A stretch of 64,000 nucleotides of DNA from an archaeon (GCA_043806035.1 JAZDHK010000005.1:2136-66135); one strand, 5' to 3'. Positions 48,458 through 59,129 are shown, counted from the first letter of the stretch. Translations and numbers: made by a program. The notes: a model not told the origin generated them from the sequence alone.

Positions 48458-49624
48458 ATGAGTTTCTTGCAGTTTCTCATAAATTACAAGTGGCCGCTCC
48501 TATTCTATGCGTTAATAGTTCTGCTCATCTACCTCAACAGGAAGAAGTTCACGTTCGAGAGCAAGATCATCGCCATCTATAAGACGAAGCTCGGCATGAA
48601 CATCATAGACAGGCTCGCCACGGCCTATCCGCGGACGATACGCTTTCTTGGCTACATTGGTGTGATTATAGGGTTTGCGGGTATGCTGGGCAGCGCAATC
48701 TATATAGGTTATCAGTTCATTGTCATGGTAACAATTCCTGGCGCTCCACCAGCAGTAAGTCCAGTCATTCCAGGACTTCCTATTCCAGGGACGGGTATCG
48801 TCATCCCTTTCCTCCAAGGCATTCTGGCATTGTTCATCGCAGTCGTCGTCCACGAGTTGAGCCACGGCTTCGTGGCGAGAGCGCACGGCTTGAAGATAAA
48901 GTCAACGGGCTTTGTCATGTTTGGCCCTCTTCCCGGAGCGTTCGTTGAACCTGACGAGAAGAGCCTCAAGAAGAAGAACCTTCACGTCAGGAATAGCGTT
49001 TTTGCTGCAGGGCCTTTAGCCAATGTCATCGCTGCAGGCGTTGCTGTGCTCCTGCTCTCGTTCATTCTCGCTCCTGTCATCAATGGCATGGCTGTTGACA
49101 AGGGCATGACCTTTGCTCAAGTGACTTCCGACAGCCCTGCAGAACGAGCAGGTCTGCAGACGAATATAACCTACACTATGCTCAATGACCAGCCTTTGCA
49201 TAGCGTCAACGACTTCATTGACGTCCTGGAAAAACTTCACGTGAACGACACCATCGTGTTAGGTAATGAGAATTACAGCCAGGCAGTCGTCCTGGGCTCA
49301 AGCCCGACAAATTCGGAAAAGACATACGTTGGCGTCACTGGCCTGCAGACCGTAACTGAGCTTAAGCCAGGGGTCTCTTCATTCCTGTATGGAGTGATAT
49401 TGTGGATATTCATCCTCCTCACCTGGGTATTCATCTTGAACGTTGGGCTGGGCATGGTAAATCTCTTACCCATAGGACCATTGGATGGCGGCAGGATGTT
49501 CGAGGCGACCCTCGTCAAATTCTTCAATGAGAAAATTGCTCATCGCGTCTGGGCGACAGTCAGCATCATTGGTGTTGTTATTCTCTTCTTGTTGTTGGTC
49601 TTTCCTTTGGTGAGAGGACTATGA
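48458..49624 (+). CDS. Site-2 protease (M50 family intramembrane zinc metalloprotease with a PDZ domain)
   Basis: VVHELSHG HExxH in a TM helix, PDZ-like region and a C-terminal LDGG motif. Internal Met start MSFLQF. Confidence 0.8.
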   Translation: MSFLQFLINYKWPLLFYALIVLLIYLNRKKFTFESKIIAIYKTKLGMNIIDRLATAYPRTIRFLGYIGVIIGFAGMLGSAIYIGYQFIVMVTIPGAPPAVSPVIPGLPIPGTGIVIPFLQGILALFIAVVVHELSHGFVARAHGLKIKSTGFVMFGPLPGAFVEPDEKSLKKKNLHVRNSVFAAGPLANVIAAGVAVLLLSFILAPVINGMAVDKGMTFAQVTSDSPAERAGLQTNITYTMLNDQPLHSVNDFIDVLEKLHVNDTIVLGNENYSQAVVLGSSPTNSEKTYVGVTGLQTVTELKPGVSSFLYGVILWIFILLTWVFILNVGLGMVNLLPIGPLDGGRMFEATLVKFFNEKIAHRVWATVSIIGVVILFLLLVFPLVRGL

Positions 49625-50316
49625 GTCTTTTTGTAGTTCTCGTCCAGCCACATACGCCAGGCAATATCGGGGCTATTGCTCGTGTCATGGCCAATTTCGG
49701 GGCTAAAAAGCTCTTTCTTGTCAATCCAAAATGCGATTATCTGTGCAAGGAATCACTGGATAGGGCGAAGCATGCAAAGCACATCTTGAAAGATGCAATC
49801 ATCACGACGCTTTCCCAGCTCAAAAAAGACATGCACGTCCTTGTAGCGACGACGGCAAGACTGGGTGACAAGTATAACTTCCCTCGCATTCCTTTCACGC
49901 CGCAGCAGTTGGCGAAAGAGCTCGCACACCTCTCACCGCGGACAAAGATAGGGATTGTTCTGGGCAGGGAGACTGATGGCCTGACGAACGAAGAGGTGGC
50001 ATTGTGCGATTTCTGCGTTACCATTCCCACACACCCCTCATATGCAAGCATGAATGTGAGCCATGCAGCAGCAGTAATCCTCTCACATCTGTACCTGCCA
50101 GAAACATCTATTGAAGAAAAATATACGCTGCTCACGCCAAAAGAGAAGGAAGTCGCTCTCAAACTCATTGATGCTGCCATCGACGGCATGACCTTCCCTG
50201 CTCCGCACATGAAGGACACGCAAAAAACATTGTGGAGAAGGCTCATCGGAAAATCATTCCTCACCAAGCGAGAGGGGTATGCGCTCATGGGCTTCATGAA
50301 GAATGTGAAGAAGTGA
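49621..50316 (+). CDS. SpoU/TrmH-family RNA 2'-O-methyltransferase (TrmJ-like)
   Basis: VVLVQPHTPGNIGAIARVMANFG motif 1, GRETDGLT motif 2 and a C-terminal SPOUT knot region. 231 aa. Confidence 0.8.
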   Translation: MSLFVVLVQPHTPGNIGAIARVMANFGAKKLFLVNPKCDYLCKESLDRAKHAKHILKDAIITTLSQLKKDMHVLVATTARLGDKYNFPRIPFTPQQLAKELAHLSPRTKIGIVLGRETDGLTNEEVALCDFCVTIPTHPSYASMNVSHAAAVILSHLYLPETSIEEKYTLLTPKEKEVALKLIDAAIDGMTFPAPHMKDTQKTLWRRLIGKSFLTKREGYALMGFMKNVKK

Positions 50317-50327
50317 GCAAGTACAAC

Positions 50328-50726
50328 ATGTCTATCCTCTGTTTTTATGATAAAGAGGGCAAGATACTTCTCCAGGGGAGGAAGAATATAAGCAAATGGG
50401 GTGCGGAGTGGGGTTTCTTTGGTGGGAAGATAGAGGAGGGAGAAACTCCTGAGCAGGCAATTGTGAGAGAGATATGTGAAGAGCTGTCCTATACTATACG
50501 AGAACGTAGATACGTCGGCAATGTGTCGTTCGATAACAACGACATTAACGTTACTGCGAACATCTAAGTCACTCCACTCCCGGACATGCAGGCATTCGTG
50601 CAACGAGAAGGGGACGGTATGCAATTGTTCTCTCTGCAAGAAGCAAGACAGCTCAAAATGCCTCCTGGTTCAGTGCACATCTTTGATAAGATAGAAGCGT
50701 ATTTTTCCAAAGGAGAACATTCATGA
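50328..50726 (+). pseudogene. NUDIX hydrolase interrupted by an in-frame TAA (50565-50567). The two segments together give about 132 aa.
   Basis: Segment 1 carries the Nudix box GGKIEEGETPEQAIVREICEELSY and ends ...TANI*. Translation resumes in the same frame: VTPLPDMQAFVQREGDGMQLFSLQEARQLKMPPGSVHIFDK...EHS*. Confidence 0.55.
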
Positions 50727-50769
50727 AACGGTTATCGAAACTAATAAATACTCCCGACGCATGAGGTAA

Positions 50770-52146
50770 TTGATGAAAAAACGTGCAGTGCTGTTCATTC
50801 TCATTATTGCCATTTTTGCTGTCGGTTGTGTTGAAAACGGTTTTGATGTTCCTCAAGGAGAGCCGGCAAATACCACCGTCGTGAACGACACAGGGCTGAT
50901 GGCTGTCGATCATAACGCTACGACCGTTGCGCAGAGCGAGTTATCCCCTCCTGAGTTTCCTTCTGAAGAAGAGCTGCAGGATTCCGTCAAAGCATGCGAG
51001 CTGTACAAGAATCAAGGCTACAAGGACATGTGTTATTATTATCATGCAAAGGCAAAAAAAGACGAAACATTATGCATGCGCATTCTCAATAACGGTATTC
51101 AGAACAACTGCAATTTTGAAGTTGCACTTGCAAAAGAGGACGTGAGTATTTGTAAGCGTATGACTGATACGAATTTGCAAGAAGTCTGCTTCAGAGAATT
51201 GGCCAAGCGAAAAAAAGACTTTTCACTCTGCTTACTCGCTCAACAGCAATGGCAACAGATAGAGTGCACTCGCCAAGTGGGAGAAGAAACAAAGACCGTT
51301 TCCTCTTGTGATGATGCCGCATTTGTGGATGCGTGCAGAACTGGCGTGGCTACTGGGCTGGGCGATAGTTCCGTCTGTGCAGTAGTGCAAGCAGCTGAAG
51401 AGAAAGACTGGTGCAGAAGAGGTGCTGCTATCGGAAGCGGACGTATGGATCTTTGCAAAGAGATCGCCAGCGCCAGCATTCGCGCAAGGTGTCAGAGCGA
51501 CGTTGCCATTGCAAGTAACAATACTGCCTTGTGCGAAGAGGTGCAAGAGCAGCTCAGTAAGGATGTTTGTTATTTTGCGCTCAGCCAGTATGCAAAGGAC
51601 GATTTTTCTCTTTGTCTTAAAATTAAAGATCCTAGCAGGCATGACGAATGCACATCCAATGTGGCCTTGTACAGAAAGGACAGAGCACTTTGTGCGGAGG
51701 TCACCAATCCGGATGTCAGGTTTTTCTGTGCCAGCGGCCTTGCTCGTCTGTTGAAGGACCCGGACTCTTGTGAGCTGCTTCCCGAAGGAATGATGAAAGA
51801 CCAATGCTTGAGCCAAGCAGGTATTGAACTGCTCGATACTGCGGTGTGCTTGCGTATCAGTGATGCCGGATGGAAAGATGAATGTCTTGCAAATGTGGGA
51901 AAAAATCTTGCTGATTCCAGTATATGCGAGCAAGTTACACAACAGTCAAAGAGAGATTACTGTTTCAGATACGCTGGTCAGAAGAAGAATGATGCCCTGC
52001 TATGCATGCAAGTCACTGAAGAAATTTGGAGAGACGCATGCTATTTTGATGTGGCCATTAATATGACTGATGCGGGTCTCTGCGAAAAAATAGAATACCT
52101 TCCTTGGCGTGAAAACTGCCTACACGTCGTTAGTGCAGCAAATTAG
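50770..52146 (+). CDS. Secreted or lipoprotein-like tandem Cys-pair repeat protein (about 16 repeats of about 22 aa, D-x-S-[LI]-C ... D-x-C)
   Basis: Signal peptide MMKKRAVLFILIIAIFAVGCVENG with a lipobox-like VGC. Motifs recur: DFSLCL..., DVSICK..., DSSVCA..., DALLCM..., each followed by a second Cys 8-12 residues later. Confidence 0.6.
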   Translation: MMKKRAVLFILIIAIFAVGCVENGFDVPQGEPANTTVVNDTGLMAVDHNATTVAQSELSPPEFPSEEELQDSVKACELYKNQGYKDMCYYYHAKAKKDETLCMRILNNGIQNNCNFEVALAKEDVSICKRMTDTNLQEVCFRELAKRKKDFSLCLLAQQQWQQIECTRQVGEETKTVSSCDDAAFVDACRTGVATGLGDSSVCAVVQAAEEKDWCRRGAAIGSGRMDLCKEIASASIRARCQSDVAIASNNTALCEEVQEQLSKDVCYFALSQYAKDDFSLCLKIKDPSRHDECTSNVALYRKDRALCAEVTNPDVRFFCASGLARLLKDPDSCELLPEGMMKDQCLSQAGIELLDTAVCLRISDAGWKDECLANVGKNLADSSICEQVTQQSKRDYCFRYAGQKKNDALLCMQVTEEIWRDACYFDVAINMTDAGLCEKIEYLPWRENCLHVVSAAN

Positions 52147-53258
52147 TGTCGATTCCAATCTTTTAAAAAAGAACTCTTGAACTCCTCAAACGTCCCCGCG
52201 ATGATGCTTTCCCTCATCTTCCTCATCAGCTGCTGCATGAAATACGAGTTGTGGTAGCTCCGGTATCTTTTGCCGACGGGCTCGTTGATCCTGGCTAGGT
52301 GGTGCATGTACGCTTTGGTGAAATTTTTACAGACGAAACAGTCACACTGTTCATCGATGGGTGAGAGGTCGTTCATATATTTTGATTTCCTGATGTCGAG
52401 CTTACCCCTCCAGGTGAAGAGCGTGTGGCGCCGTGCGTTCTGCGTTGGGTAGACGGAATCAAAACAATCTACGCCGAGACCGACGCATGCAATGACGTCC
52501 TCGGGGCTGCCGACACCCATGACATATCTTGGTTTCTTCTCATCAACAAAAGGAAGGCTGGCATGCAATGCCTGGTACATCTCCTTTTTTGGCTCGCCTA
52601 TCGCAACACCGCCAATGGCAATACCGTCAAAATCAAGCGAGGAAAGGTATGCAGCACTTTCTTTTCTGAGGTCTGGGAAAAATCCGCCTTGAACGATACC
52701 AAACAGCAGTTGTCGTTTCTTGTCCTGCTTACGCAGCTCCTTGTGCGCATCAAGGCAGTCTTTCGCCCAGCGGTGCGTCTTTTCTAAGGCTTGCTCGAAT
52801 TGCTCTTTTGACGAGCCGTACGGAGCCATCTCATCAAGGACCATCGCAACATCGCTGCCGATGTCGTATTCTATCTGCATAATCTTTTCCGGCGTGAGGA
52901 TGTGCAGTTTCCCGTCGAATGGACTCTTGAAGTGGATGCCGTTCTTCGTTATTTTGACAAACATGCTCTCCTGACTAATCTGGAAGCCGCCGCAGTCCGT
53001 GAAGATGCTCCCGTTGTAGTGCATGAACTTGTGCAAGCTGCCGTGCGCCTTGATGACTGCAGTGCCCGGCTGCATGCTCAGCACGAGCGCATTGGCGATG
53101 ATGCACGGTGCTTTCATGTCGTTGTAGTCATCGCTGCCGATGCTTTTTCCTACAGCTCTCGTTGCTACAGGCATGAAGAACGGCGTCTCCATTTTTCCTG
53201 TTTTGGTTTCGAGCATGCCTGCGCGTGCATTGCCGTCTTTAGCGGTGATGGTGAACAT
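52143..53258 (-). CDS. tgt: tRNA-guanine transglycosylase (short form, without a PUA domain)
   Basis: Catalytic-region motifs MPVATR and DCGGFQ, and zinc site CDCFVCKNFTKAYMHHL. The start is taken at MFTITAKDG (53258). The listed 53432 start adds a non-conserved extension. Confidence 0.8.
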   Translation of the reverse strand: MFTITAKDGNARAGMLETKTGKMETPFFMPVATRAVGKSIGSDDYNDMKAPCIIANALVLSMQPGTAVIKAHGSLHKFMHYNGSIFTDCGGFQISQESMFVKITKNGIHFKSPFDGKLHILTPEKIMQIEYDIGSDVAMVLDEMAPYGSSKEQFEQALEKTHRWAKDCLDAHKELRKQDKKRQLLFGIVQGGFFPDLRKESAAYLSSLDFDGIAIGGVAIGEPKKEMYQALHASLPFVDEKKPRYVMGVGSPEDVIACVGLGVDCFDSVYPTQNARRHTLFTWRGKLDIRKSKYMNDLSPIDEQCDCFVCKNFTKAYMHHLARINEPVGKRYRSYHNSYFMQQLMRKMRESIIAGTFEEFKSSFLKDWNRH

Positions 53259-53370
53259 GTGTTGTGGCAATCCTGAACGATATTTAAAATCTCTGGAAAT
53301 AGCGTATTTTTCTTTTTTGGAGCGCAATCTATTTAAAAGAAGAGAACAAGGGTTGTTGAGGGGTGTTACT

Positions 53371-54111
53371 ATGTTATTGACTGTTGTGTTAATTGTGGTG
53401 GGACTGTACTTGCTTGCGGGAATCAGGGTCATTAATCAGTACGAGCAGGCAATTATTTTTACGTTGGGCAGGTTCACTGGCGTGCGTCAGCCAGGATTGC
53501 AGTTCATCTTCATCATCTTCCAGCGCATGGTAATAGTGGATTTGCGTGTTAGGACGATAGACATCGACAAGCAACAGGTCATGACGGAAGACAACGTGCC
53601 TGTTCTGGTAAATGGTGTCGTGTTCTTCAAAGTACGAAAGATCCAGGACGCCATCATTAAGGTGCAGGATTACGAGTACGCTATTGCGCAGTACGCACAG
53701 ACTGCGTTACGAGATGTGATCGGCGGCATGACCCTCGATACCGTTCTTGGCCAGCGTCAGAAAGTGGGTGATGAAATTAGGAAGATCGTTGACAAGGAGA
53801 CTGACCAGTGGGGTCTTGATGTGCAGGTCATCAAATTGCAGGACATCGAAGTGCCGAATGACCTCAAGACGATCATGAGCAGGCAGGCAGGAGCAGAGAG
53901 AGAAAAGCGCGCGAACATCATCAAGAGCGAAGGTGACCTTGCAGCGTCGAAGAATCTCTCTGCGGCAGCAGGCATCATGGCGAAGAACAAGGGAGCCATG
54001 CAGCTGCGTACATTACAGACCCTCGATGGCCTCGGACCGACGGCCAGCAACACGGTGGTCATAGCTTTGCCTGTCGAGCTGATGGAGTTTTTCGACAAGT
54101 TCAAGAAATGA
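53371..54111 (+). CDS. SPFH/band-7 (stomatin/prohibitin-like) membrane protein
   Basis: N-terminal TM followed by an SPFH domain (VINQYEQAIIFTLGRF...). A GAGGGGTG SD precedes the ATG at 53371. Confidence 0.8.
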   Translation: MLLTVVLIVVGLYLLAGIRVINQYEQAIIFTLGRFTGVRQPGLQFIFIIFQRMVIVDLRVRTIDIDKQQVMTEDNVPVLVNGVVFFKVRKIQDAIIKVQDYEYAIAQYAQTALRDVIGGMTLDTVLGQRQKVGDEIRKIVDKETDQWGLDVQVIKLQDIEVPNDLKTIMSRQAGAEREKRANIIKSEGDLAASKNLSAAAGIMAKNKGAMQLRTLQTLDGLGPTASNTVVIALPVELMEFFDKFKK

Positions 54112-54284
54112 TTTCGTAAATATTATAAACGCGGTCTGCACTCCCCACATCATGTTTGTCAGACAACGTTGCCTAAAGCGATATATTCTCGACCTAGCTA
54201 ATCGATAGTTTCTTTCTCATCATTTGTAATTCATTTTGGTAAGACATTTAAACCGTTGTATCACCAAAGCAAGGAGGGATACTC

Positions 54285-55598
54285 ATGAAATGCGAAGAAT
54301 CAAAGGAAGGCAAGTACAGCAGCATCGCCGCTGCCATCAAGCAAGGCACGGGCAAGGCAAGCATCAGAGGGTGGGTGTACAGAGAAAGAGGCAGCGCTGC
54401 CAGAAAATTCATCGTCTTGAGAGACAGCACGAACACCATCCAATGCGTCATCGAAAAAAGCGTCGTCGGCGAGGAGCAGTATGCTGTCGCTGACAAGATC
54501 CAGCTCGAGGCAAGCATGGAATTGCACGGCGAAATCCACAAGGATGATAGGGCACCGACAGGATTCGAGCTGCGCGTGGATGCGTTCACCGTCATTGGAC
54601 CGAGCGAGAACTTCCCCCTCAACAAGGATCACGGTGCAGAATTCCTTGCGGACAACAGGCATCTTTGGCTGAGGAGCAGAAAGATGACCGCCATCCTCAA
54701 AATCAGGAGCGAAGTATTCAGGGCCATAGACGAGTATTTTAAGAAGGAAGGCTTCTACGAATACCACTCTCCCATCTTCCAGAGCGTGCAGTGCGAAGGC
54801 GGCTCCTCATTGTTTGAGGTTGACTATTTCAAACAGAAAGGCGTTTTTTTGGCGCAGACGTGGCAGCTCTACGCAGAGCCTGCCATTTTCAGCCTCGAAA
54901 AGATTTACACAATCGCTCCCAGCTTCAGGGCAGAAAAATCAAAGACGAGCAGGCACCTGACTGAGTACTGGCATTGCGAGATGGAAGTGGCCTGGGCATC
55001 TTTCAAAGACATCCAAGACTACGGGGAAGCGCTTATCAAGCACATCGTCAGGGCAGTATTGGATACTTGCCAGGCAGAGTTGAAAATCCTTGAGCGGGAT
55101 CCGAAAAAGCTCGAGCCCACGGTTGAGAAGCCTTTCCCGAGAATGACCTACGACGATGCGCTCAAACTCTTGCGGGAGAACAAGCTTGCTTGGGGAGAGG
55201 ACCTCAGGACGCTTGAAGAAGACGAACTCTCGAAGCACCACGACACGCCGTTCCTCATCACCCATTATCCCAAAAAGGTGAAGGCGTTCTACATGAAGGA
55301 ATGTCCCGATAACCCCGATGTGGTGCACGGTGTTGACTTCATAGGACCTGAAGGATATGGAGAGATTATTGGCGGCAGCGAGCGGGAGAGCGACATGCAC
55401 AAAATTGAGAAGAGGCTCGAGGACGATGGTGAAGATGTTGCGCAATACGCATTCTACCTGGATACGAGAAGGTATGGCTCGGTTCCTCATGGCGGCTTTG
55501 GCCTTGGTATAGAGCGGCTTATCAGTTGGATCTGTGGCCTGGATAACATCAAGGATGCCATTCCCTTTCCCAGAACCATGGTCAGGTGGACACCCTAA
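54285..55598 (+). CDS. asnS: Class IIb aminoacyl-tRNA synthetase, most likely asparaginyl-tRNA synthetase (an aspartyl-tRNA synthetase is not excluded)
   Basis: OB-fold N-terminus. Motif 2 FRAEKSKTSRHLTEYWHCEMEV matches the AsnRS-like FRAENSNTSRHL pattern. Motif 3 GGFGLGIERL. An AGGAGGGA SD lies 5 nt upstream. Confidence 0.8.
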   Translation: MKCEESKEGKYSSIAAAIKQGTGKASIRGWVYRERGSAARKFIVLRDSTNTIQCVIEKSVVGEEQYAVADKIQLEASMELHGEIHKDDRAPTGFELRVDAFTVIGPSENFPLNKDHGAEFLADNRHLWLRSRKMTAILKIRSEVFRAIDEYFKKEGFYEYHSPIFQSVQCEGGSSLFEVDYFKQKGVFLAQTWQLYAEPAIFSLEKIYTIAPSFRAEKSKTSRHLTEYWHCEMEVAWASFKDIQDYGEALIKHIVRAVLDTCQAELKILERDPKKLEPTVEKPFPRMTYDDALKLLRENKLAWGEDLRTLEEDELSKHHDTPFLITHYPKKVKAFYMKECPDNPDVVHGVDFIGPEGYGEIIGGSERESDMHKIEKRLEDDGEDVAQYAFYLDTRRYGSVPHGGFGLGIERLISWICGLDNIKDAIPFPRTMVRWTP

Positions 55599-55603
55599 CT
55601 ATT

Positions 55604-55641
55604 TTCGTTTTTTATTACTTATTAGTAGTTACAAAAACGAA
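55604..55641 (+). terminator. Hairpin (TTCGTTTTT ... AAAAACGAA, 9-bp stem) with a T-tract, lying after asnS. Candidate terminator.
   Basis: A perfect 9-bp inverted repeat read directly. It is followed by a TATA-like box (atttatata, 55643-55651) for the next gene. Confidence 0.4.
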
Positions 55642-55674
55642 AGATTTATATAGTGGTACTCCCTCTATGGATAC

Positions 55675-56367
55675 ATGGCGCTCAAAGGAAGACTTGACAA
55701 AGACAATCTTGAACAAACCATAGCAAATATGGACGTGGGTCAAGAAGGCTACGTTGAACCAGAGGCACTTATCATAACTCATACACGAGAATCCTATCTA
55801 GATACGAGCGTTAAGATCCTTTCTTCTGTTAAACAACCGAAACAGTACATCCGTGTGAAACGAACTGGCAGCGGAAAAAACGCGTATGACGTAGATATCT
55901 CAAGCACGCAATATGTCTGGAAGACCGTGGAAAACCCCCACGGCAATAGTTTCGCTGAAATGCTTAGCGCATATCAGGGATCACCCATAGTCTGTCTTAC
56001 AGAAAAACAAGAGACTGATACTTCTTCTAAAAAACGGTCTACTGCCAAGAAAGAGAAGAAACCAAAAACTACTGATCCGTATACTGAATACATGAATACT
56101 ATAGGACAACTCACTAGAAAGATGCGCATCGATTCAGGACTAGAACCCGATTACGACAACCTCCCCATCGATCAAGAGTTCATGGACGATCTTGAAAGAA
56201 CATCAGCTATCGCGTTAGGCATAGAAATCGACCCGCGAAAATATCCGCAAACACACTCGTTACGTGTCCAACTGTATAATGCAGTTCTGGAAGAAGACTA
56301 CTCTGCCGCAGAGCAGCTCAAAAATCAGATTCTCAAGACAGACCAGTCATTATACTCTGAAAAATAG
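55675..56367 (+). CDS. Hypothetical protein
   Basis: ORF with a K/E-rich central region. No recognisable domain. Confidence 0.4.
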   Translation: MALKGRLDKDNLEQTIANMDVGQEGYVEPEALIITHTRESYLDTSVKILSSVKQPKQYIRVKRTGSGKNAYDVDISSTQYVWKTVENPHGNSFAEMLSAYQGSPIVCLTEKQETDTSSKKRSTAKKEKKPKTTDPYTEYMNTIGQLTRKMRIDSGLEPDYDNLPIDQEFMDDLERTSAIALGIEIDPRKYPQTHSLRVQLYNAVLEEDYSAAEQLKNQILKTDQSLYSEK

Positions 56368-56371
56368 ATGC

Positions 56372-57577
56372 TCACTCGAGTCCGAGCGTTGTTTTTCCCT
56401 GCTTGCGCATCCTGTCCTCGTAGCTGTACACTTTCTCTCCATCCTCACGAGGAACGCTCAGGATGCTCATGAGCTTCTTGGCAAGCGCTATCTCTTCTTC
56501 AGGAGTCATGCCCGTCTTTACTTGCCCTGCGTGTTCGTGCAAGAACGCAGATTCCAATTCTTCGGCTGAATGGTACTCCTTCTTGAACTCCTCGAACTGC
56601 TCTGAAGTGAACGCCGCCGTGTTTTTCAGGAAAGCATACGCGCCCTGATTGAGCGTTTGCTGCATAATTTCATTGAAAGGAACATCGGCAGTCTTGCCGC
56701 TCGCCAAGCACCCTTCCACGCGCAGCGTGATGATGGCATCATGCACATCAGTGAGTGCGTCCTTGATTGCTGCCGTGACTTGTGCAGGCGTGCTGTGCTC
56801 GGCACTGACCGTTATGCTCAACACTTTTTTCAAAGGCAAATCTTTGCGGATGATTGTGCCGTTACTATAGATGAAGAATCCGCCGTGCTCGAGCTGTTCT
56901 AACTCAGAGAAGCTGTTCGGAAAGAGCGGCCCAGGATACACGATGTGTTGGTAGTGCGGAAAGCTGTGCTGGATGACCTCGTGTACGTGCCCGCCTGCAT
57001 AGTAGAGGAAATTCTTGGGCAGGAAAGACAAGGGAGAGGAGATGCTGTGGCTCATGCCTGCACTCTTGAGCTCATCGAGCGCAGTATGAAAGAGGAACAG
57101 TTTCTCCCCCTGTTCACGCTCGAGCGCATCAGCGTCCAAATGCTCGTAATAGTTCTTCTCCAGCATGCCTCTCCTGCCCAACATGCCAGTCAGTTTAACT
57201 CCCGTCTTCTTGTCGTGCGTGAAATGCAGGCGTAAGCGCTGTTCCTCGACATGTCCTCTGAAGACGTTCTTGACGAGCCGCGCCTCTTCCAGCACGTCAA
57301 TCATGCTCTTGCCCGTATGCGTCACGTCATGGCTGCCCGGGATGATGTAAACGGGGATGCTTGCCTGCTTAAGTCGCTCCAGTTGGGAAACAGTAAATTT
57401 GAGCACGTCGATGTTCGGCAGGGCGGTGTTGAAGAGATCTCCGCAGATGAGGACAAAATCCGTCTGCTCACGAATGCACGTGCTGACTGCTTGCTCGAAT
57501 GCCTGTAGCGAGAGCGCCTTGAGTTTCTGTTCTCTCCACGCGTCGAGATGGCAGTCGGCCAGATGCCCAAATTTCAT
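56372..57577 (-). CDS. mre11: Mre11 DNA double-strand-break repair nuclease
   Basis: Phosphoesterase motifs [21 protein letters not shown] and GHVH. The internal Met start abuts the herA stop. Confidence 0.85.
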   Translation of the reverse strand: MKFGHLADCHLDAWREQKLKALSLQAFEQAVSTCIREQTDFVLICGDLFNTALPNIDVLKFTVSQLERLKQASIPVYIIPGSHDVTHTGKSMIDVLEEARLVKNVFRGHVEEQRLRLHFTHDKKTGVKLTGMLGRRGMLEKNYYEHLDADALEREQGEKLFLFHTALDELKSAGMSHSISSPLSFLPKNFLYYAGGHVHEVIQHSFPHYQHIVYPGPLFPNSFSELEQLEHGGFFIYSNGTIIRKDLPLKKVLSITVSAEHSTPAQVTAAIKDALTDVHDAIITLRVEGCLASGKTADVPFNEIMQQTLNQGAYAFLKNTAAFTSEQFEEFKKEYHSAEELESAFLHEHAGQVKTGMTPEEEIALAKKLMSILSVPREDGEKVYSYEDRMRKQGKTTLGLE

Positions 57578-59085
57578 AGTCTCATCCCGAACACCTGCCT
57601 GTTCTGCGCTGCCGCTTTTTTGCATCGTTCATCGAAGAAAGGGATCTTAATGGGGATGGCGAATTTTGCGAAGTTGCTGCTCACGATGGCCTCGCCCTTG
57701 TCGAGGCTGGCAATGGTTCTCTGGTCCTTGCTCAAATCGTGTGCGCAACTCTCGATGAGCGCTATACGTTCTGTCTGCATCTCCACACCGAGAATTATTT
57801 TCGTGTTCATGTTGGCAAGTATTTCTCTTGGGATGAGCGAGGGCAGCTGGGTTATTGCCGTAAGTCCCACTTTGAACTTCCTTCCTTCCCTAGCGAGTGT
57901 CGAGAAGATGTTCTGGCCTTGCTCGAGTGCTTCCTTGCCCAGAACTCTGGGCGCTTCTTCCAAGACGATGCTGATGACGGGCTTGTCGTTCAGTTCATTG
58001 TTCATCTTGAGCAGCTTGTACCGTGTATAGATTTCTGTCGCGATAATGCTGCCGATGAGCAATTCTACATTCCCCGAAAAATTGCTCGTGTTGATGATAA
58101 TCGTTTTTGCCTGCATGAGCGCCTCGGCAATATCCGTTATGGTAGATTCTCCTGCGCTGAACTGAAATGCGCCGTTGCAGAAAATCTGGTTGTTGGCAAA
58201 GTCGAGGTCGAGCAGGGAGCGCATGCGCCTTTTCAAGACGGCAACGGTAGCATCGACAAAACTCACTTTGAGCGGCTTCTCGAGCAGGATGCCCTCGATC
58301 CAGCGCTCTCCATATTCTTTGTAGTATGCTTGCATGGCCTGTTTTTGCGGCCCGGAAAAGTCAATGAAGTCAAAATGTTCTGGCTTGAGCAGCCTTAGAT
58401 TGATGGTGAGGCTGCGCTGCCCGCGAGGAGGATTTTTTGCATAGTACAGTACCCTTTCTTTTTTCGGATGCAGACTCATGCCCACACCATTCCTCAAATA
58501 ATATTCGTCGTGCGGGTCGAGCACGAGCATGCCCGTGTGCTGGGCGTCGATGGCATCCCAGATGAGATTGCTCATCAGCACGGATTTTCCCTTGCCCGTC
58601 GTTCCCACGATGAGGACGTGATGGCTGAACACCTGCTCTGCATCCAGCGTAATGGGCAAGTCGAGCGTCTTGCTGCCGCTACGGAGATTGCCCAAGAAGA
58701 ACGGCTTGTACTGGTCGAGCAGGAACTGCAAGTCAGCAGTTGTCGGCTCGCGCAACGGCGAGAATGCCTCGGGCAATTCTTTTGCTGTCGTCGCCGTCTT
58801 TCCTTCTAAGGTGAGCAAGTTCTTGAGTATGGCGAGCTTGTACGTTCTCAGCTCCTCGTCTATCAAAGAAACGTCAGCTTGTTCGTCCATGCTTAGCCCT
58901 GAGATCATCTCGAGATGCTGCTGCGGCAATTGGCTCCCGTACAAGAGATCATACACTTGCAGTAATGACTTCTTCCCTTGCATGTCCGCAATGACGAGCT
59001 CGCCTAATTGGAATTCCTCTCCAGACTTCTGCCTGGCGATGACCTCATTGAACCTGCCTGCGATGACTTGGCCCTTGACTACCAT
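57574..59085 (-). CDS. herA: HerA helicase (FtsK/HerA-superfamily ATPase)
   Basis: [11 protein letters not shown] Walker A and HerA-like barrel/HAS regions. 503 aa, directly upstream of mre11. Confidence 0.85.
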   Translation of the reverse strand: MVVKGQVIAGRFNEVIARQKSGEEFQLGELVIADMQGKKSLLQVYDLLYGSQLPQQHLEMISGLSMDEQADVSLIDEELRTYKLAILKNLLTLEGKTATTAKELPEAFSPLREPTTADLQFLLDQYKPFFLGNLRSGSKTLDLPITLDAEQVFSHHVLIVGTTGKGKSVLMSNLIWDAIDAQHTGMLVLDPHDEYYLRNGVGMSLHPKKERVLYYAKNPPRGQRSLTINLRLLKPEHFDFIDFSGPQKQAMQAYYKEYGERWIEGILLEKPLKVSFVDATVAVLKRRMRSLLDLDFANNQIFCNGAFQFSAGESTITDIAEALMQAKTIIINTSNFSGNVELLIGSIIATEIYTRYKLLKMNNELNDKPVISIVLEEAPRVLGKEALEQGQNIFSTLAREGRKFKVGLTAITQLPSLIPREILANMNTKIILGVEMQTERIALIESCAHDLSKDQRTIASLDKGEAIVSSNFAKFAIPIKIPFFDERCKKAAAQNRQVFGMRL

Positions 59086-59129
59086 GCTGTCGGGAAAGAA
59101 GGTGCTTATTTAAAGATTATGGCCGTATC

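Noticed and set aside
50565-50567. Genome-wide reassignment of TAA as a sense codon (explanation for the NUDIX interruption)
   Set aside because: TAA terminates other well-defined genes here (guaA at 20473-75, rpl40e at 48423-25). A local pseudogene or error is more parsimonious.
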